Origin: Minisyncoccota bacterium | GTDB lineage: Bacteria; Patescibacteriota; Minisyncoccia; Phycocordibacterales; PALSA-1337 | Direction: 5' to 3' | DNA: 64,000 nucleotides | Assembly (NCBI GenBank): GCA_041665385.1 | Contig: JBAYIX010000003.1 | Location: forward strand, 13,128-77,127 | In this document: positions 60,289 through 64,000 of the stretch, piece after piece | How the letters are laid out: the number at the start of each line of letters is the position of its first letter | How positions within the stretch are numbered: the stretch's first letter is position 1 | Notes under the pieces: generated by a model | Database searches by the model: none | Seen by the model: the letters and a program-made list of their open reading frames with translations, nothing else | What the model was told of the DNA's origin: nothing | Made by a program: the position numbers and the translations under genes

Positions 60289-60359
60289 GGGCTCATAGTA
60301 AAATGGTATTATACGGCATTCGCATTGCCGAGGTCCGGGTCCGATTCCCGGTGAGTCCA
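60289..60359 (+). tRNA. tRNA-Ala (anticodon CGC)
   Basis: Acceptor GGGCTCA/TGAGTCC with G3:U70. Anticodon stem CGGCA/TGCCG, loop TTCGCAT. T-arm CCGGG-TCCGATT-CCCGG. Discriminator A. 71 nt. Confidence 0.8.
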
Positions 60360-60438
60360 CAAAAATAAGGAGCACACGCAGTGTGCGACTATATTTTTGT
60401 GGATGCCGGCGCCGTAGCGCCGGCGCCACATTTTTGTG
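60360..60438 (+). repeat. tRNA-Ala 3' trailer repeat (copy L) containing a GC-hairpin terminator
   Basis: caaaaataaggagcacacgcagtgtgcgactatatttttgtggat-GCCGGCGC-CGTA-GCGCCGGC-gccacaTTTTTgtg. Near-identical inverted copy at 61730-61801. Confidence 0.8.
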
Positions 60439-60690
60439 TCCCACGCTACGCTCTGGATCTTCGAGATGCCGGCGCCACAGCTTCGCTCATATCGGTGCTA
60501 CACGGTGTGTGTAATAAAAAAAGCAGCACAATCTTGTGCTGCTCCGGATTTCTCTTTTTTCTTTTTCTACTTCCTCAACGTGAGCCGGAATCGTGAGCGT
60601 GTTTTTGAGTCACGCATGCGATTCCTCACATCACCGTCGGCGATGGCGACGTTTGGTTTCGTTGGATCGTGTGACACTGAGGTGTTAAGA

Positions 60691-60975
60691 ATGAATGCTA
60701 GACCAGCAATATCACCGACGCCCAGAGTCTTTGTGCTCGTTATGATCGTTTTCATCAGTATTCTTACTATTTGGGGTCTGCATATATGCTACGATTATTT
60801 ATGTGCATTGTCAAACAAAAAACCATCTCATGGATGGTTTTTTGTTTGCTTACTTGGTGCAACCGCACTGAGCACATTTCTCACTCTTCTCGTGTTCGTG
60901 CCCGCAGTCAGGACAAGTTCTTTTTTCATCCATGGTATTATTTTACAAGTTAATGCTCATAATACGACCATGTAA
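60691..60975 (+). CDS. small membrane protein (94 aa)
   Basis: In-frame ATG at 60691 within ORF 60436..60975. Two to three TM helices. Lies between the trailer repeats. Confidence 0.3.
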   Translation: MNARPAISPTPRVFVLVMIVFISILTIWGLHICYDYLCALSNKKPSHGWFFVCLLGATALSTFLTLLVFVPAVRTSSFFIHGIILQVNAHNTTM

Positions 60976-61167
60976 GTATAATAGTTTTTGTGCCTACTTA
61001 CCATGTTAGTACCTGTGGAGGAGGGGGTTTGGTGCAGGGGAGTTCGTTATGAATAGATATTTAAAGCCGGTTATTCACAAAGGAACCAAATTTCCTTGAC
61101 AGAGGTACTGAAAAAAGCATATACTATCACTGTATCAATACGGGAAAGCACTTCTTAAGGTTCGTCC

Positions 61168-61674
61168 TTAAGCGGTGCTTTTCTTTTTTATATACTCGAT
61201 CTTCTCCCTGAGGTCATCTACATACTGGATCTTCTCAAGGGCTGAGTGAGTAAGTAGGCCAGAACAAAATTTTCTGTTAGTACTCAGCACAATCTCCAGT
61301 TTGTTATTTGCATACAGATGTTCTACAAGAGAATAGAAATCGCCATCATTTGAAACAATTATAGCTTTGTCGTAGTCGTTCCACTCGATCATTGCTCGTA
61401 ATACAATGTCGGCATCGACATTTCCTTTAATCTTACCATCAACATCTGAGATAGTAGGTTTGAATCTAATAATAAAACCGGATTCCTGAAGTTTGTCATA
61501 CAAACTTTGGTTTAAAGCAACAAAACCTATAAACATGTATGCTTTTTCGACATTATATTTTTCGCACAAGTATGTGTTAAATTTCTTGTAGTCAATTTTC
61601 CAGCCAAGCTCTTGAACGCCAAGATTTAGGTTTTGGCTGTCAATAAAAGCGTAATTTTTCATGATTGAATTCAT
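61168..61674 (-). CDS. NYN-domain (LabA-like, PIN-fold) protein
   Basis: IDSQNL ... GNVDADIVLRAM ... IVSNDGDF acidic motifs of the NYN domain. 168 aa. Confidence 0.75.
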   Translation of the reverse strand: MNSIMKNYAFIDSQNLNLGVQELGWKIDYKKFNTYLCEKYNVEKAYMFIGFVALNQSLYDKLQESGFIIRFKPTISDVDGKIKGNVDADIVLRAMIEWNDYDKAIIVSNDGDFYSLVEHLYANNKLEIVLSTNRKFCSGLLTHSALEKIQYVDDLREKIEYIKKKSTA

Positions 61675-61729
61675 TGGCGAATATTGTCTCAGATATATAA
61701 GCCAAATACAACTATTTATCGATTATTTT

Positions 61730-61801
61730 TGTGGCGCCGGCGCTACGGCGCCGGCATCTCACAAAAATATAGTCGCACACTGCGTGTGCTCGTTATTTTT
61801 G
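61730..61801 (-). repeat. tRNA-Ala 3' trailer repeat (copy R, inverted relative to copy L)
   Basis: The reverse complement matches 60360-60430 with two differences (G to C, one extra A). Confidence 0.8.
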
Positions 61802-61874
61802 TGGACCCGAGGAGATTCGAACTCCTGACCTCCTCATTGCAAATGAGGCGCTCTACCAACTAAGCTACGGGCCC
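61802..61874 (-). tRNA. tRNA-Ala (anticodon UGC)
   Basis: GGGCCCGTAGCTTAGTTGGTAGAGCGCCTCATTTGCAATGAGGAGGTCAGGAGTTCGAATCTCCTCGGGTCCA. G3:U70. Anticodon loop TTTGCAA. Confidence 0.85.
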
Positions 61875-61989
61875 ATATTTTTGGGTCTTAGTAGCATAAC
61901 TGAAAACAGCATTTTATTCAACGTTATTGAGAAAAGATAAAAAATATCGTAAGCTATTCAAATCCACGATATTGGGAATATGATAGAAA

Positions 61990-62060
61990 CGGGCTGTAGT
62001 ATAGTGGTAGTATACATCCATGGGGTGGATGCGGTCCGGGTTCGATTCCCGGCAGCCCGA
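61990..62060 (+). tRNA. tRNA-Pro (anticodon GGG)
   Basis: C1:G72 and A73 (Pro identity). Anticodon stem CATCC/GGATG, loop ATGGGGT. T-arm CCGGG-TTCGATT-CCCGG. The D-arm needs two G-U pairs. Confidence 0.65.
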
Positions 62061-62069
62061 CTTCGTTAG

Positions 62070-62142
62070 GGGCCATTAGCTCATTTGGTAGAGCGCACCC
62101 ATGGCATGGGTGAGGTGACCGGTTCGATCCCGGTATGGTCCA
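62070..62142 (+). tRNA. tRNA-Ala (anticodon GGC)
   Basis: GGGCCAT ... G3:U70. D-arm GCTC-ATTTGGTA-GAGC. Anticodon stem CACCC/GGGTG, loop ATGGCAT. T-arm ACCGG-TTCGATC-CCGGT. Confidence 0.8.
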
Positions 62143-62280
62143 CAGATTTCATTTGTTAAGAAAGATCGTCCGTTTACTTGCCAAAGTCTCGTGCCCACTA
62201 TTTCCACCATGGTATTTTGAATTACATCAAAAGCATTCCTATAGCAAACTATTGAATAAAAAAATGATATAATTATTTGC

Positions 62281-63927
62281 ATGAATGAAGAATTCAATAG
62301 AAAAAATACTGTCTCTGATAAGAATGTTTTTCCAGCTCCGGTTATACTAGGTAAAGTAAATACAAACAGATTCTATTTTTACTCAATAATTATAACAGTG
62401 ATTGTGGTTGTTGTAATAGGTGGGTTGTATTTCTACTCATATAGTTCAAAAATAAATGAACAATCAATTACTTTAGAGCATAAACAGAAACTAAATAGAG
62501 TTCCCGACGATTTGGTTTTTTTGCGGGGATTTTGGAACACGAGACAAGAATGGCCGATAAATCAAAGAGTAAGATTTTCAGGTTACCAAGAAAGTCCCTT
62601 AACTAGATTGCGACAGGCATATTGTGAACGGGTAGGTTATGAATACGCTGATTTTGGTGGAGACTGTTTTGTCTATCAATATTATAATTCATACAAAACC
62701 TATTACGATAATTCGGCGGAGTTCACGGTATTCTATCCTTCACTTTGGCAAATAGATTTACAACCTTTGAATTATGGTTTTATAATTGACCCAAAAGTCT
62801 CACTCAGGCGTCAAGGGGCTTCCTGTGCCCTTGTATACGGTCTTGTTGATGAAAATAAACTTTTATCAGCTAGTAACATCTCAACAAGTACGGTAAGTTT
62901 CGGTTATCAAGCATCTGGAAACGTTGCTTCTGAAACAAAAAGATTAAGTAAAATTATTTTATCTTTTGACAGAGAACTCAGTAATGAAGAAAAAGCGGCT
63001 GGTTACACTAACTCAAAAATTGTTGCCATACCACATTTCCCATATAGTTCAAGCCCATTCGGTTTCCTCATAACAAGTGGAGATAAGCAGCCGCTAGTTG
63101 AAGCGTGTGCCGAAGAATTTGACGGCATCCTCGGTGGCAGATCAATATATTATCCATCTGCAAGGTTATCGAACCAATCAAACGGTATTCTGTCGATTCA
63201 AGATGTGTCGTCGTGGTTTGAGAGAGAAGCCGATATTCCGCAAAAAAATATGCTTCTATTTGATAATTTCTCAACAGGGAAAGAGGAGTCAATCGTGTCA
63301 GCAACCTTCTCGAATATTCAAAGAATCTCTGACCCCTTTTTGAGCGGAGGAAAAATATTTTATACGGATGGATCAGCAACTAATACAATAATTAAAACTG
63401 TTGATATTTTAAACGGTGAAAATATGATAGTACCATTATCATATGATGCAACAAAACCAATTCATTCATTCTTCATTAGGGGTGACATATTGTATTACCT
63501 TTCAGGAACATTTTGTAAAGAATATCGTAATAAATGCAAAGATATGAATCTTTTTAGTTACAATATAAAATCAGGAATAAGTGAGAATTTAGCAGGTGGA
63601 ATAATAGCAAGAGACATTGATGGGTTCAGTGCGACGGGAGACTCGCTTATTCTAAGCTGGAGCGATGGCGACGCCGGATGTGCATGGGGTTCATACCAAT
63701 CTTTTACTCTCACAACTAAGGTGGTCAAAGACCTTGGTTCGTATTCATATTGCGAGGGCGATACAGAAGGTACATATACTAAATTCAAAAAACTTGTCGC
63801 TGATTCTGACAGTTTCAGTTATCTAGTCGTCAAAAGCGGTAAAATATTTTCTCCGAGCGGGACGGATACCTATTCTGGGAGAATTTATATTAGAGTCAAT
63901 ACGACAGAATATCCAAAGGATCGGTAA
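62281..63927 (+). CDS. hypothetical membrane-anchored protein (548 aa)
   Basis: N-terminal TM (YFYSIIITVIVVVVIGGLYFY), then a large ectodomain with no recognised motifs. Confidence 0.45.
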   Translation: MNEEFNRKNTVSDKNVFPAPVILGKVNTNRFYFYSIIITVIVVVVIGGLYFYSYSSKINEQSITLEHKQKLNRVPDDLVFLRGFWNTRQEWPINQRVRFSGYQESPLTRLRQAYCERVGYEYADFGGDCFVYQYYNSYKTYYDNSAEFTVFYPSLWQIDLQPLNYGFIIDPKVSLRRQGASCALVYGLVDENKLLSASNISTSTVSFGYQASGNVASETKRLSKIILSFDRELSNEEKAAGYTNSKIVAIPHFPYSSSPFGFLITSGDKQPLVEACAEEFDGILGGRSIYYPSARLSNQSNGILSIQDVSSWFEREADIPQKNMLLFDNFSTGKEESIVSATFSNIQRISDPFLSGGKIFYTDGSATNTIIKTVDILNGENMIVPLSYDATKPIHSFFIRGDILYYLSGTFCKEYRNKCKDMNLFSYNIKSGISENLAGGIIARDIDGFSATGDSLILSWSDGDAGCAWGSYQSFTLTTKVVKDLGSYSYCEGDTEGTYTKFKKLVADSDSFSYLVVKSGKIFSPSGTDTYSGRIYIRVNTTEYPKDR

Positions 63928-64000
63928 TTTCATACTGAATACAAATCGAACTCTTTGGTATTTTGACTACAATGGCAAAATTTTGAAATAATATCAAATA

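Noticed and set aside
62076-62297. 73-aa minus-strand ORF
   Set aside because: Overlaps tRNA-Ala(GGC) and the tRNA-Pro region. Spurious.

Overview
This is a 64 kb, AT-biased, gene-dense segment, mostly transcribed on the + strand. Many housekeeping proteins are unusually short: a 383-aa PilB, a 761-aa hinge-less SMC, a 267-aa pyruvate kinase, a 614-aa AlaRS without the C-Ala domain, and a 407-aa UvrC without the HhH domain. That pattern suggests a reduced genome of the Patescibacteria/CPR type (inference from gene architecture only).

Recognisable content:
- a type IV pilus locus (pilB, pilC, four prepilin-like genes), followed by a D,D-carboxypeptidase
- a minus-strand operon suggesting mannoside phosphorolysis (eukaryotic-type phosphomannomutase, three GH130/DUF377 domains, cupin)
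- rpmF, a NusB-Nudix fusion, rnc, smc, a DedA-PAP2 fusion, eno
- FAD-linked oxidase, methyltransferase, MFS and ABC exporters, RNase J, a family-5 substrate-binding protein, secG
- groES-groEL, LemA, HtpX, and a pilin-LamG protein
- a roughly 3 kb island bounded by direct repeats derived from the 3' end of tRNA-Ser (SEC-C protein, two hypothetical proteins)
- ArsR, a 2-hydroxyacid dehydrogenase, a minimal pyruvate kinase, pyrD, gpmA-like, mnmA
- an ATP-cone/Mrr-type nuclease fusion, a family-4 UDG, alaS, uvrB, a REC-REC protein, uvrA, a repeat-rich surface protein, uvrC, ddl
- a tRNA cluster: Ala-CGC, Ala-UGC, Pro-GGG and Ala-GGC. The two convergent tRNA-Ala genes carry near-identical 76-nt 3' trailers that bracket a cassette holding an NYN-domain gene.

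Several intergenic regions hold long, perfect or near-perfect hairpins. Two of them share the loop core TGTGCAGGGTC. There are also GC-rich structured segments that are candidate ncRNAs. No rRNA genes or CRISPR arrays were seen.
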